A DNA stretch of 64,000 nucleotides from positions 48,233 to 112,232 of the forward strand of contig JASGJK010000009.1 in assembly GCA_049840795.1 (NCBI GenBank), read 5' to 3'. The position numbers and the translations under genes are program-made. The notes below the pieces were generated by a model. The model was not told where the DNA came from. It saw only the letters and a program-made list of their open reading frames with translations, and did no database searches. This document shows positions 24,907 through 35,129 of this stretch, piece by piece (the first letter of the stretch is position 1; the number at the start of each line of letters is the position of its first letter). The stretch comes from Paludibacteraceae bacterium. Its GTDB lineage: Bacteria > Bacteroidota > Bacteroidia > Bacteroidales > Paludibacteraceae.

Positions 24907-25929
24907 TTATAAAAAATCGTTGTATATTGGTAAACCGTCTTCAAAAATTTTCACCGCTTCTTCGAGTGTCGTATAGCTTTCGCCTCCGGAAGCATTCAAA
25001 TGACCACCGCCGTTGAAAAATTGCGCAGCAAATTTGTTTGTGGGAAACGTTCCTTCGGAGCGTAACGAGATTTTTATTTTATCCGGATCTTCGCGCATAA
25101 ATACACTGAAAACAACTCCTTTTATTGATAAAGGGATATTTACAAATCCTTCCGCATCGCCATTGTCATAGTTAAATCTTTTCAGTTCTTCTTGCGTAAG
25201 GGTAATTAAGGCGGCATTATATTCGGGATAAATTTTCATTTTTTCATACAGACAATAACCCATTAGACGCATACGGTCAGCTGAGTAAGTGCTGTACACA
25301 TTTTGATAGATTTTATCTTTGTCAATACCAATTTTGACAAGTTCGAAAATGATAATATAGATCTCTTCGTGATTGGAGTTGTAGGTAAATCCACCGGTAT
25401 CGGTCATCATTCCTACGTAAATACATTCGGCGCAAGCCAAATTGATGTCGCTAAAATGTCCCATCCGACAAATCAATCTGAAGACCAGCTCGCTTGTAGA
25501 AGAAATAGTGGGGTAGGAAATTGTAACATTGGCAAAAGTTTCCGGGTTTAGGTGGTGATCAATCATCACCTTGCGTGCTTTTGATGCCAAAAAGACATCA
25601 GCCATTCCGCTCAAACGATTTGCTGCGTTGAAATCTAATGCAAATATCAAGTCAGCTTTGGCAAGGTATTCATCCGCTTGCTTCTCGTTGTTGCGATAAA
25701 TCAGGATGTGTTCTGCACCCGACATCCACATCAGAAAATTCGGTGGCGGAGAAGGAACAATGACTTTTGTCGATTTATTTTCGGTCATTAAAAAATGCCA
25801 TAAACCCAAAGACGCACCCATCGCATCTCCATCAGGACCAACGTGTGTGACAATGACGATATTTTCAGCATCTTCAATTTCTATTTTGGCTTTGTGCACC
25901 AATTCCTCTGCTATTATTTTTGAAAGCAT
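24907..25929 (-). CDS. nrnA: DHH-family phosphoesterase (NrnA-like oligoribonuclease / pAp phosphatase)
   Basis: 340 aa with motifs HVGPDGDAMGAS, DHH (MIDHHLN) and a DHHA1-type GGGH (FFNGGGHLNASGG). Confidence 0.85.
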   Translation of the reverse strand: MLSKIIAEELVHKAKIEIEDAENIVIVTHVGPDGDAMGASLGLWHFLMTENKSTKVIVPSPPPNFLMWMSGAEHILIYRNNEKQADEYLAKADLIFALDFNAANRLSGMADVFLASKARKVMIDHHLNPETFANVTISYPTISSTSELVFRLICRMGHFSDINLACAECIYVGMMTDTGGFTYNSNHEEIYIIIFELVKIGIDKDKIYQNVYSTYSADRMRLMGYCLYEKMKIYPEYNAALITLTQEELKRFNYDNGDAEGFVNIPLSIKGVVFSVFMREDPDKIKISLRSEGTFPTNKFAAQFFNGGGHLNASGGESYTTLEEAVKIFEDGLPIYNDFL

Positions 25930-26068
25930 AGTTTTATCTGATTATATGAGCTTTACAGTTTGTTGTTTAGTTTTATCGTGCTGTAAAGTAAAAAAGTGCA
26001 TTTAAAATTAATCTGCAAAAATAATAAATTTTGGCGTGTTTTGGATTAAATTTAATATGAAAGGTGTT

Positions 26069-28130
26069 TTACGGATTCAAATTTAAAACAAAAGCTCCAT
26101 TTTCAGCAACAATGTAAAACGCGGTTTTGTTCTGGCGGCATACTTCTTTGATGTGATTGGTGTACCACGCCGAAATACATTTATCCACAATAACGGTCTT
26201 TGGTTGCATACAAGCGAGAATGTGTTCTATTTTAGGCTTTGTTTTATTTGTAATGACTAAGTAATCAATAGGTAATGGGTTTTCGGTTGTTTTGTTTTTT
26301 AACGTATTGTCTGTCAATATAAAAATTCGTTTCCCATAAAAACAACAAAAACCGGATTCAAACCATTGATTTTTATTGAGATACGTAGGGTTATTCAGCA
26401 TTTTGCTTTTCCAAAAACTATCGGCTATTTTTTCAGCGTGAAGCGAATCTGTTGTAAAGACATAATTTTCTTCCTGAAAAATAAAATTGATAATAGGGAC
26501 ACGGCTATCCGAAAAAACGATAAATTGTGCAGTCCTTAAATTGGTGTATTTTTGATAAAAGAATATGCTTGTGACTACTAAAATAGAGCATAACCCAACG
26601 ATAAGCAGACTAAATTTTTTATTGTAAAAGAAGAAAACTACAAAAAATAATGCCACAAACGAAAAAATCAATTGCCGATAATCCAATGACAGGTAACTAA
26701 CGGAAAATGGCAATTCTTGGATAAATACGATGGAAGAATTCATCAACCAAAGCGACCACTTAAGCAAAAGTGCGATGAAGGTGGATAATAAAGGTACAAA
26801 TGAGAGTAGCAGTAGCGCAATTGCCAAATAAATAATAATTGAAGAAAGCGGGATGGCTATAATGTTGGTCAGAAGGAAAAAGTTTGGAAATTGGTGGAAA
26901 TAATAGAGGGTAAAAGGTGCAGTGCCTAATTGTGCAGCTACAGATACGGCTACCAAATCCCAAGTCCATTTCGCAATTTTGTTGCGAGGGAAAATCCATT
27001 TAGAAATGCCCGGCTGAAAGAAAACAATGCTTAATACAGCAGCATAGCTTAACTGAAAACCAATATTGAACAATGAGTTGGGTTGTATCAAAAGCATCAA
27101 AAATGCAGATGCGAAGATGGTATTGTAAATTTGTGATTTTCGTTCGAAGCAAGTGGCGAGCGATACAAAGCTAAACATAAATGCCGCACGCATTACAGCC
27201 GGTGAAAGTCCGGTAATAAATGCATATATCCACAAAAAAAGGATGATGATGACTGCTTTAAAAATCTTGGTTCGCCGTTTTTTATCCAAAAATCGTAATA
27301 GAAAAGCGATTACTGCATAAACAATGCCTACGTGAAGTCCGCTAACCGACAAAATGTGCATAGCTCCCGTTGCACTGTAACTTTTTGAAAACCGCCGTTT
27401 GCAGTTCATCGGTATAGCCAAGTGTGAGTGCTGCTAAAACGGCAAATTCGTCTCCATCAATGTTGAACTGACGATAAACTTTAAGCAGATGATTTCGAAC
27501 GATGTCGGCAATTCTGAATAATGAAATTATTGGTTTTTCTGTTGATTTTTGCCAATGATCGGTGGGAACGTAGGCAGTAGCTAAAATTCCCTGCCGTTTT
27601 AGATAAGCGGCATAATCAAATCCACCGGGGTTTTGAATGCCATCGGGTGTTTTAAACTCTGCGGAAACAATTAATTTATCACCAATACGAAGCGATGATA
27701 TTGCGCCACTTTTTTGAAGATAGAGCATTGCATTGCCAACCGCAGGCTCAATATTAACCGAATCAACATCCCGGCATAGTTTTACTTTACATTGATAAGC
27801 GTTCGCCTTTTCGATGGGAGCAGAGAGCAACTCTACCTGAAATACACTTTTTTCCCCTAATGCCGAAAACTGATTTTTGTTTTCATAATTCCGACACAAA
27901 TAATATCCCATTGTCAACAATAGGAGGAAAATAGACAATCCAAAAATCCATCGGAATCGAAATAAGTTGGGAGAACTTGTTATAAAAAAACAGACCGTGA
28001 ACAACGTCAAAGAAATAGCACACAAAAAAATCAATATCGCACTTGAAACATCGATATATTGATATAAAACAATACCGACGGCTAATGCAACAAACAAACG
28101 GAAGAATGGAGTTCGTAACAAAAAGTTCAT
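26069..28130 (-). CDS. comEC: ComEC/Rec2 family DNA internalization channel, split by one frameshift
   Basis: Two overlapping ORFs (27342..28130 and 26069..27421). The first holds the N-terminal TM/OB part. The second begins at the competence-domain signature SATGAMHILSVSGLHVG. Removing one A from the A5 run (T5 at 27382-27386 on the plus strand) joins them as ..DELQTAVFKSYSATGAMHIL.. Confidence 0.8.
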
Positions 28131-28180
28131 TTCAAGTAAAGGTTAGGTTTTATGTAATGGTAAAAAATCAATCTACCGCA

Positions 28181-28828
28181 CTATTCCAGCATCATTTGTA
28201 TTATTTCTTTTGGATTTTCGGATTTGAAAACGGCGTTTCCGGCAACAAGTACGTTAACTCCGGCGTTAAACAACTGTTTTGCATTTTCTGAACTTATACC
28301 ACCATCCACTTCAATCAAACAATCCGGATTTTCTTCGGTAATTATCTTTCTCAGTTCTTCGATGCGTTGCCAGGTATCGTCAATGAATTTTTGTCCGCCA
28401 TAGCCTGCAAATACCGACATCAAGAGTATCATGTCTGCTTCACCGACCAATCCTCTTAATTGACTGACCGACACATCCGGATTTATTGTTAATCCGGCTT
28501 TTACGCCTAATCCTTTGATCTGTCGGAGTGTAGTTATAGGATCGGTAAGTGTCTCCAAATGTACGGTGAGCACATTGGCGCCCGCTTTCACAAAACGTTC
28601 GATGTACTTCTCTGGCTTCACAATCATTAAATGCACATCCAATGGTTTTTTACAGTGTTTCTTTACCGCTTCCAGTACCGGAAATCCAAATGAGATATTG
28701 GGAACGAAAACACCGTCCATCACATCAATGTGAAGCCACTCTGCCTGACTTTCGTTAATCATTTGACAAACTGAACGCAAATCGGAAAAATCAGCCGCTA
28801 AAAGAGAAGGAGAAATAATTTGTGTCAT
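28181..28828 (-). CDS. rpe: ribulose-phosphate 3-epimerase
   Basis: 215 aa with ISPSLLAADF.., HIDVMDG.FVPN and VDGGI motifs. Confidence 0.93.
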   Translation of the reverse strand: MTQIISPSLLAADFSDLRSVCQMINESQAEWLHIDVMDGVFVPNISFGFPVLEAVKKHCKKPLDVHLMIVKPEKYIERFVKAGANVLTVHLETLTDPITTLRQIKGLGVKAGLTINPDVSVSQLRGLVGEADMILLMSVFAGYGGQKFIDDTWQRIEELRKIITEENPDCLIEVDGGISSENAKQLFNAGVNVLVAGNAVFKSENPKEIIQMMLE

Positions 28829-28850
28829 ACATCGTGTTTTATTTCTTGTG

Positions 28851-28858
28851 CAAACATA
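28851..28858 (-). promoter_or_regulatory. Bacteroidetes -7 promoter box
   Basis: CAAACATA on the plus strand is TAtgTTTG on the minus strand. It lies 22 nt upstream of the rpe start. Confidence 0.5.
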
Positions 28859-28860
28859 AT

Positions 28861-28910
28861 TAAAAAAAGGAATAAAACCAAAGAGGATAGCCGATTTCTG
28901 GCTACCCTCT
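28861..28910 (-). terminator. intrinsic terminator of the ECF sigma / small ORF transcript
   Basis: Minus-strand stem AGAGGGTAGCC / GGCTATCCTCT (one mismatch) is followed by TTTGGTTTTATTCCTTTTTTT. Confidence 0.65.
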
Positions 28911-28918
28911 CTATTTTA

Positions 28919-29101
28919 TTAGTTCAAAAAATATTCAATCTGATGATTTTCAGGAATTTTCTCTACCTGATAAGTGGCTGCGAATTGCAAAATTTTCTGT
29001 ATAGTTTCATCGCCGGGTGAAAATTCAACGTGATTGGATTTTTTTTGTTTTTCTGAACGTAAATGATGTTGATACGGAGTAACGATTTTTCTCATAAGCA
29101 T
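28919..29101 (-). CDS. small hypothetical protein co-transcribed with the ECF sigma factor
   Basis: 60-aa ORF located 68 nt downstream of the sigma gene. It is followed, not preceded, by the intrinsic terminator at 28861-28910. No recognizable domain. Confidence 0.35.
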   Translation of the reverse strand: MLMRKIVTPYQHHLRSEKQKKSNHVEFSPGDETIQKILQFAATYQVEKIPENHQIEYFLN

Positions 29102-29169
29102 TTATATTTATAGCATTTAGTACAAATATAACGCAGGCTTAAGATTTATATTATATCCGCGATAAAAAA

Positions 29170-29763
29170 TTATTTTAAATCCAAATGAATATTATTTTCA
29201 GTGGCAATTTTACGCATATTCAGTAAAGCATATCTCATACGTCCCAAAGCAGTGTTGATGCTAACATCGGTTTTCTCTGCTATTTCTTTGAAGCTCAAAT
29301 CTTCAAAAAAACGCATACGAACAACCTCTTGCTGCGATGAGGGCAAGTAGTTTACCAAGTTTACGACATCACATAGTACTTGCTCATTATTTAACGTATC
29401 TTCTACACTTTTTTCGGATAATTTGGCATTATTCACAAAATCATATTCCAAACCGTCCGTTGAAAAAGTATTTTCATTTTTTTCACGGCGGAAATGGTCG
29501 ATGATTAAGTTATGTGCAATGCGGTTAATCCACGCCAAAAAACGTCCAGATTCAACATAACGACCTTGTTTTATTGTCGCAATGGCTTTTACAAACGTAT
29601 CTTGAAAAATATCTTCGGTGAGTTCACGGTGACGTACAATCAAATATATGTATGTATATACCTTTGATTTGTATCGGGACATTAATACTTCAAATGCCTC
29701 ATTATCACCATTTTCATATAACTTCACCAGCGTTTCGTCTGCGAGTTGGCACAACTTCTTCAT
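29170..29763 (-). CDS. RNA polymerase sigma-70 family factor, ECF subfamily
   Basis: 197 aa. Region 2 reads FEVLMSRYKSKVYTYIY..EDIFQDTFVKA..WINRIAHNLIIDHFR and region 4 reads LPSSQQEVVRMRFFEDLSFKEIAEKTDVSINTALGRMRYAL. Confidence 0.88.
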   Translation of the reverse strand: MKKLCQLADETLVKLYENGDNEAFEVLMSRYKSKVYTYIYLIVRHRELTEDIFQDTFVKAIATIKQGRYVESGRFLAWINRIAHNLIIDHFRREKNENTFSTDGLEYDFVNNAKLSEKSVEDTLNNEQVLCDVVNLVNYLPSSQQEVVRMRFFEDLSFKEIAEKTDVSINTALGRMRYALLNMRKIATENNIHLDLK

Positions 29764-29974
29764 TACTGATAAGATTTTAAATTCAAATAGTAATATTTCG
29801 CAATAGGCAAGTTTTGTATTAATTAGTTGTTAAAAATATAGTTGAGGGGGCAAATTTACACAAACCTTTTAATAATGCAACAAATCAAAAGAAATATTGC
29901 TGTTAAAAAACAAAAAAATAAAAATTAAATCTCCGTTTCATAATAATTTACAACAAAAAATGTGCCGAATTTTT

Positions 29975-31153
29975 TTACTCTACAAAAAGCACCAAACCTT
30001 TGAGATATTCGCCTTCGGGATGATAAATGTTGATGGGGTGGTCTGCCGGCTGTGTGAGTTGATGCAGAATACGCACATTGCGTTTGGTTTCGGCAGCTGC
30101 ACTAAATACAGCCAAACGGAACTGATCTTTCGAGATTACCTGTGAACACGAAAATGTAAATAAAATACCGTTGGGTTTGATTTGCTCTAATGCTTTGGCA
30201 TTTAATCTTTTGTACCCTTTTAAAGCATTTCTCACGGCATCACGATGCTTGGCAAAAGCCGGCGGGTCGAGGATGATTAAGTCGTACGTCTCTTTTTTCT
30301 TTCCCAAAAACTTAAAGGCGTCTTCGGCAAAAGAGCAGTGGCGGTTTTCATCTGCAAAGTTAATAGCTACATTTTTGTCGGTTAGCTCTACCGCTTTTGC
30401 CGAACTATCCACTGAATGTACCAATTTGGCACCACCACGTAATGCGTACACTGAAAACCCACCGGTGTAGCAAAACATATTTAATACGTTCTTCCCTTTT
30501 GAGTATTTCTCTAATAATGCTCTGTTGCCACGCTGATCAACGAAGAAACCTGTTTTTTGTCCACGCAACCAATCCACCTGAAACTGAAGGTTATTTTCCA
30601 TCGCTTTCAAGTCGGTACTTTCGCTACCGATGAGGTATTCGTCTTTCGGCTCAATCGGAGCGTAATAAGGTAAAGTATTCTCCGACTTGTAATATACGTT
30701 GCTTACCTCCGGAATCTCGGTAACAATAGCGTCGGCTATGGTTTGGCGAATGTGGTGCATACCTACGGAGTGGGCTTGAACCACTGCGGTATGATGATAT
30801 ACATCGATGATTAATCCGGGTAAATTATCTCCTTCGCCGTGTACGAGACGGTAAGTGTTGTTTATCGGTGGATTTATCAGCCTTAACTCGTGACGAACTT
30901 TGTACGCCTGCCGTATTTTTTCTTTCCAAAAATGAGTGTCAATATTTTTTTTATCAAAACTAATAACTCTCACAGAAATGCTTCCTACCTGATAATGCCC
31001 GATGGCTAAAAAGTTTTTTTTGCTGTCTTGCACTTCTATCAAATCACCCTCTTGCGGTTTGCCCAGTATTTGTTGAATTGCACCAGAAAACACCCAAGGA
31101 TGAAAACGGAGTAAACTTTCTTCTTTTTTTGGTTTTAGTTGGATAATTACCAT
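29975..31153 (-). CDS. rlmI: class I SAM-dependent 23S rRNA (cytosine-C5) methyltransferase, RlmI-like
   Basis: 392 aa. It has an N-terminal PUA-like domain (RFHPWVFSGAI) and a SAM fold (VLNMFCYTGGFSV..LDPPAF). Confidence 0.85.
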   Translation of the reverse strand: MVIIQLKPKKEESLLRFHPWVFSGAIQQILGKPQEGDLIEVQDSKKNFLAIGHYQVGSISVRVISFDKKNIDTHFWKEKIRQAYKVRHELRLINPPINNTYRLVHGEGDNLPGLIIDVYHHTAVVQAHSVGMHHIRQTIADAIVTEIPEVSNVYYKSENTLPYYAPIEPKDEYLIGSESTDLKAMENNLQFQVDWLRGQKTGFFVDQRGNRALLEKYSKGKNVLNMFCYTGGFSVYALRGGAKLVHSVDSSAKAVELTDKNVAINFADENRHCSFAEDAFKFLGKKKETYDLIILDPPAFAKHRDAVRNALKGYKRLNAKALEQIKPNGILFTFSCSQVISKDQFRLAVFSAAAETKRNVRILHQLTQPADHPINIYHPEGEYLKGLVLFVE

Positions 31154-31190
31154 TGATAATAATTACAAGTGTTAAGAATTTATGTGGGTT

Positions 31191-31847
31191 TTAATTTGCT
31201 GTTGCGTTGTTTTCGCTGTTTTGAGCAAAAAGGGAAATCAGCACTTGTAACTCTTTTTTTGTGATTTTTTTTTCGCTCGATAATTGTCGGTATATTTTGA
31301 GACACGCCCATGCGTCGGTTGCGGCATAACGTTTCTGCTGCTTGGTGAGCGTTTCGTTTTCCCAGTTACTTAATCGTTGTGATTTGGATATTTTTTTGTC
31401 AAAAATAATGGCAAAGATTTTTTGCAGTCCGAGTTCTAAAATGCCATACTCTTTGGCTATGGATTGAATATCTATAAAATTGTCCGGTTTTATTTTGTGT
31501 CTTTTGTTTAACGAATGAAAGTCATCATGCAGCGAAAGTCCGATTTTTTTTACGGAAGCATCGGCAAGAAAGTCGAGCAACTCTTTGGGAAATCCTATTT
31601 TATTCAGACGAAAGAGATAGCAAACCTCTTCGGTAGAGATTTGCATCAGCGAGACTTTGTAATGGGTACCTCTTGTAAATGATGGTCTTGTTTCTGTGTC
31701 GATGCCGATTAATGTTTGTGTTTTCAAAAAATCAATCGCAGGAATTACCTGCTCCGGCTCGTTTATCAATATTATTTTTCCCTCAAATTCGACAAGTTGC
31801 AATTGGTTTACCTCTTCCTTTGATATTTTCGGTTTAAATTTCATCAT
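31191..31847 (-). CDS. 3'-5' exonuclease domain protein (RNase D / WRN-exo-like, DEDDy)
   Basis: 218 aa with ExoI IGIDTETRP, ExoII KIGLSLHDD and ExoIII YAATDAWACLKIY. Confidence 0.8.
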   Translation of the reverse strand: MMKFKPKISKEEVNQLQLVEFEGKIILINEPEQVIPAIDFLKTQTLIGIDTETRPSFTRGTHYKVSLMQISTEEVCYLFRLNKIGFPKELLDFLADASVKKIGLSLHDDFHSLNKRHKIKPDNFIDIQSIAKEYGILELGLQKIFAIIFDKKISKSQRLSNWENETLTKQQKRYAATDAWACLKIYRQLSSEKKITKKELQVLISLFAQNSENNATAN

Positions 31848-32451
31848 CGTTATTTGTATTCTGAAAGCGTAAAAAACTGTTTCGGTCTATTTTTCGGTAC
31901 TCTTCGGCATTAAAATGTTCGTCCTCTTCCGCATCTCCAAATGTGTCGCTATAACGTAGAGCGTGAAGAGCCCGAAGCGCATTAAGCAGTTTTTGTCCCC
32001 AATGTTCGGCAAACGATTCCATACAATCTTTCAGTGCGCTTTCCATAATGTCGGTTTCTCCAATTTGATAATTGGCGGCAAAATCTTTCAATTCCTGATA
32101 TATATCGGCTAAATTTTCTGAAATAAAGGCAGCAATCGGCGTGTCGCTATATTGCATATCGGGATGAAACGTTTCTAAAAAACCATCATCGGTACCAAGC
32201 AGGCTTTCGATTTGCTCTTTTACAAAAAGATAATCTTCTTCTGTCACAAATCGTTCCGGTGCTTCGTCCGAATCAATGGCTCCGGCATTTATTAGTGAAG
32301 TTTTTAAATAGAGAAGCGGGAGTAGTTTTACAGCTTTTATAACAAACTCTTCTTTTGAGTTTTCGCGGCTGTGCTCTAAAAACAAGCAGGTCTCGGCAAC
32401 TACCGTTACAAATTCGATGACATTCTTAGAGTATATAAATTGATTTTCCAT
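31834..32451 (-). CDS. DUF5063-like protein
   Basis: 205 aa and acidic. The N-terminus IYSKNVIEFVTVVAETCLFLEH and its placement directly upstream of the 3'-5' exonuclease gene match my recollection of this Bacteroidetes family. Confidence 0.55.
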   Translation of the reverse strand: MENQFIYSKNVIEFVTVVAETCLFLEHSRENSKEEFVIKAVKLLPLLYLKTSLINAGAIDSDEAPERFVTEEDYLFVKEQIESLLGTDDGFLETFHPDMQYSDTPIAAFISENLADIYQELKDFAANYQIGETDIMESALKDCMESFAEHWGQKLLNALRALHALRYSDTFGDAEEDEHFNAEEYRKIDRNSFLRFQNTNNDDEI

Positions 32452-32611
32452 ATAGGCAAAACAAATAAATTACAGACTGCAAAGGTAGTGAAAAATATGA
32501 ATTAAAATTATGTTTTTGACTGTGGTTGTTTTCAGATTCTATCATCGTATGTTAGTTGTTCATCATACCACAAACAGTAGTAGAAGAATAGTGATTTATG
32601 AAAAATTGTAT

Positions 32612-33577
32612 TTATTTTCTCTCTGCTTTTTTTCTCAAAAACTCTGCGTACGCCTCCGGAGTTGTTTTCCATCGCCGATGCATCCACACCCACTGTTCCG
32701 GATACGTGCGGATAATCTCGGTGTACACCTCGTTTTGACGTCGGGTATTTTCAATTAAATCGCTTTCTTTGTCATTGGTTTTGATGGTAGAAATTTCGGG
32801 ATAAATAACAAAACGGTAGTTGCCATCTTTTTTTCGGGTCATTGTCATAGGAATAAGCACCGCATCGGTATCAGCCAATAGACGAGAGGCGCCTAATGGC
32901 GTGTAGGCAGGAAAACCGAGAAAATCAACGAAAGCACCTTTCACCTTGGTATCCTGATCGGTCATTAATATCAAACATTCTCCTTTTTTCAGCACATCTA
33001 CAAGCGCTTTGTACGAACCTTCTCGGGTAATATTTTTCATTCCGCGTCTTCTACGAAATTTTATCATTAAATTTTCCAGTAAATAGGATTTCATCGCTTT
33101 ACTTGCGGCTGAAGTTTCGTAACCAAGCATTGGCGGAGTAATAGCTGCAAATTCCCAAGAGCTTAGGTGAGGTATTAAACAAATAACTCCTTTCCCTTTT
33201 TGGTATGCCTTTTTGAGATGTTCCTCGCCAGTAATTTCTACTAAACGGAAGTAATGCTTAGCTTTTTTTACGTGTGAATAAGCCATATAATCAAAGAAAC
33301 CGGTCATCGATTCGATAAAAGCTTGCTTAGCCATATTTACAATCTCCTCTTCGGTGAGTGAACTGCCATAGACTTTGCGAATGTTTGCTAATGCCGTTTC
33401 TCTGTTTTTAGTACCCAACCGATAAAAATGCTTGCCGCAGAATGCTGCGAATTTACGTGTAATCTTAATAGGAAGCCATCGGAATAAAAAAAGAAAGAAA
33501 AGTAAAAAAGGGTAAAGTAGCGTGATAACCGTTTTTCGACGAATATTTTTTAATTTGTGCCTATTTATCTGTAACAT
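32612..33577 (-). CDS. lysophospholipid/lipid A biosynthesis acyltransferase (LpxL/HtrB family)
   Basis: 321 aa with an N-terminal TM anchor, the acyltransferase motif IPHLSSWEF (HX4D/E-like), and LMTDQD. Confidence 0.75.
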   Translation of the reverse strand: MLQINRHKLKNIRRKTVITLLYPFLLFFLFLFRWLPIKITRKFAAFCGKHFYRLGTKNRETALANIRKVYGSSLTEEEIVNMAKQAFIESMTGFFDYMAYSHVKKAKHYFRLVEITGEEHLKKAYQKGKGVICLIPHLSSWEFAAITPPMLGYETSAASKAMKSYLLENLMIKFRRRRGMKNITREGSYKALVDVLKKGECLILMTDQDTKVKGAFVDFLGFPAYTPLGASRLLADTDAVLIPMTMTRKKDGNYRFVIYPEISTIKTNDKESDLIENTRRQNEVYTEIIRTYPEQWVWMHRRWKTTPEAYAEFLRKKAERK

Positions 33578-33600
33578 TTGAAATTTAATTTTTTATGTTG

Positions 33601-33608
33601 TATCTTTG
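33601..33608 (+). promoter_or_regulatory. Bacteroidetes -7 promoter box
   Basis: TAtcTTTG lies upstream of the ORF at 33677. Confidence 0.4.
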
Positions 33609-33676
33609 AAACAAACGAAGTAAAACAGACGTTATTTTAATAAAGTGAAGTTTTTGAATATTAAAAATTAGCAACT

Positions 33677-33940
33677 ATGGAAGATAAATTGACCATCCTT
33701 AAGTTTTATCAAACAATCGTAGAAGCCGAAGTCGATATAGATGTGTTGCGAACAAACAACATCGATTGTACGCTTGATACGGACGACACCATCGTTATAT
33801 ATCCCTTTTTTGATGAAAAAGAAAAAGGGATAAAACTATACGTTTTTGAAAAAGACGTTGAACTTGCTACGCAATTGCTTCAAGAGTTTCATACCAGTGC
33901 TGATAATTTGCAATCAGACCCGGAACTGGAAGATTTTTAA
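33677..33940 (+). CDS. small DUF2007-like (putative signal-transducing) protein
   Basis: 87 aa with a beta-alpha-beta pattern (ILKFYQTIVEAEVDIDVLRTNNIDC). A TAtcTTTG -7 box lies at 33601-33608. Confidence 0.45.
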   Translation: MEDKLTILKFYQTIVEAEVDIDVLRTNNIDCTLDTDDTIVIYPFFDEKEKGIKLYVFEKDVELATQLLQEFHTSADNLQSDPELEDF

Positions 33941-34404
33941 GCATTCAATAACTCGTTTTTCATTTGTAAGATGGTTTTGTTCGTTACCGGATGAATCATT
34001 TCAGGAGCGATTTCGGCTAACGGATAAAGAACGAAATCTCGTTCGGCAATGTACGGATGCGGAATGATGAGGTTTTTACCTCTGACGATTCTACTTTCAT
34101 AAAATAATATATCGATGTCGATGATTCTATCGGTGTATGTGTGGTGCGTATTAAATTTTCTTCCCATCTTTACCTCAATTTCTTTGAGTTTTTCCAGTAA
34201 ATTTTCGGGGGATAATAGGGTATGAATAAGTAATACGTTATTTAAAAAATCATTTTCAGATTCAAAACCCCAAGCTTTAGATGAGTAATTGGAAGATATA
34301 TTCAAAACATCTCCTATTTTTAATAGAATAAGCTCTTTGGCTCGATTGAGGTTCTCTTCCTTAGCTCCCAAGTTGGTGCCCATACCCAAATACACTAACG
34401 CCAT
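33937..34404 (-). CDS. folK: 2-amino-4-hydroxy-6-hydroxymethyldihydropteridine diphosphokinase
   Basis: HPPK motifs are present (VYLGMGTNLG, RIIDIDILFY, IPHPYIAERDFVLYPL). The internal start MALVYLG at 34404 is preferred over the track start at 34446. Confidence 0.88.
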   Translation of the reverse strand: MALVYLGMGTNLGAKEENLNRAKELILLKIGDVLNISSNYSSKAWGFESENDFLNNVLLIHTLLSPENLLEKLKEIEVKMGRKFNTHHTYTDRIIDIDILFYESRIVRGKNLIIPHPYIAERDFVLYPLAEIAPEMIHPVTNKTILQMKNELLNA

Positions 34405-34476
34405 ACGTTTGTCCGGTCTTTTAACAAAAAATCCGAAGTAAATCATTAACTTCGGATTTTCGTATTGCTGTAATGT

Positions 34477-34944
34477 TTATTTCTGAACCAGCACCCAAGC
34501 ATCAGGAAATCTGTTGCTTATCTCATTGATGCGGTTTTTTGCCTGATAATAGTCATTGAATGAAGCTGCAATCACACGAAACATACCTTTTTCGTTCACT
34601 ACAACCAACGCATCATTTCCTTCTTTGATAAGTGTGTTTTGAAGGTTTTTGGCATTTTGTTTGATAGAGAAACTTCCAACTACTACGTGATATTTATTGT
34701 TAAATGAAGATGAACTCGATTCACCATCGGCTAACGTGAATTTTTCGTTTCGTGTAATTTCTTCTACCGGAGTCGCATCGGCTACGGTTGTCTTGGATTG
34801 TAGAATTGAACCGGAATTTTCGGTCTGTTGTTTTGCTTCAATTTTCGCTCCACTTATCTCAACTGCCTTTTGTTTTGACTTACATGATGTTGCCCCTGAA
34901 ATAATAATTGCTGACAAAAGAGTGATACCCAAAATTTTTTTCAT
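34477..34944 (-). CDS. SPOR domain-containing lipoprotein
   Basis: 155 aa. The lipobox-like signal reads LLSAIIISGATSC. The C-terminal SPOR domain reads YHVVVGSFSIKQNAKNLQNTL..FRVIAASFNDYYQAKNRINEI. Confidence 0.75.
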   Translation of the reverse strand: MKKILGITLLSAIIISGATSCKSKQKAVEISGAKIEAKQQTENSGSILQSKTTVADATPVEEITRNEKFTLADGESSSSSFNNKYHVVVGSFSIKQNAKNLQNTLIKEGNDALVVVNEKGMFRVIAASFNDYYQAKNRINEISNRFPDAWVLVQK

Positions 34945-35083
34945 ATTTTCAAAATATTAAAATGTTGTTTATTCTATATGCAAAGATGATAATAAATTTT
35001 ATGCTTTACAAGATTTTGATCTGTTTTTTATGAATTATTGCATTTTTCTATAAACAAAACGATGTATCCGACTGTTTAATCTA

Positions 35084-35091
35084 TACTTTTG
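35084..35091 (+). promoter_or_regulatory. Bacteroidetes -7 promoter box
   Basis: TActTTTG lies 38 nt upstream of the sod start. Confidence 0.5.
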
Positions 35092-35129
35092 CAGATATTA
35101 AATTATAAATCAACTAACATAAAAACATT

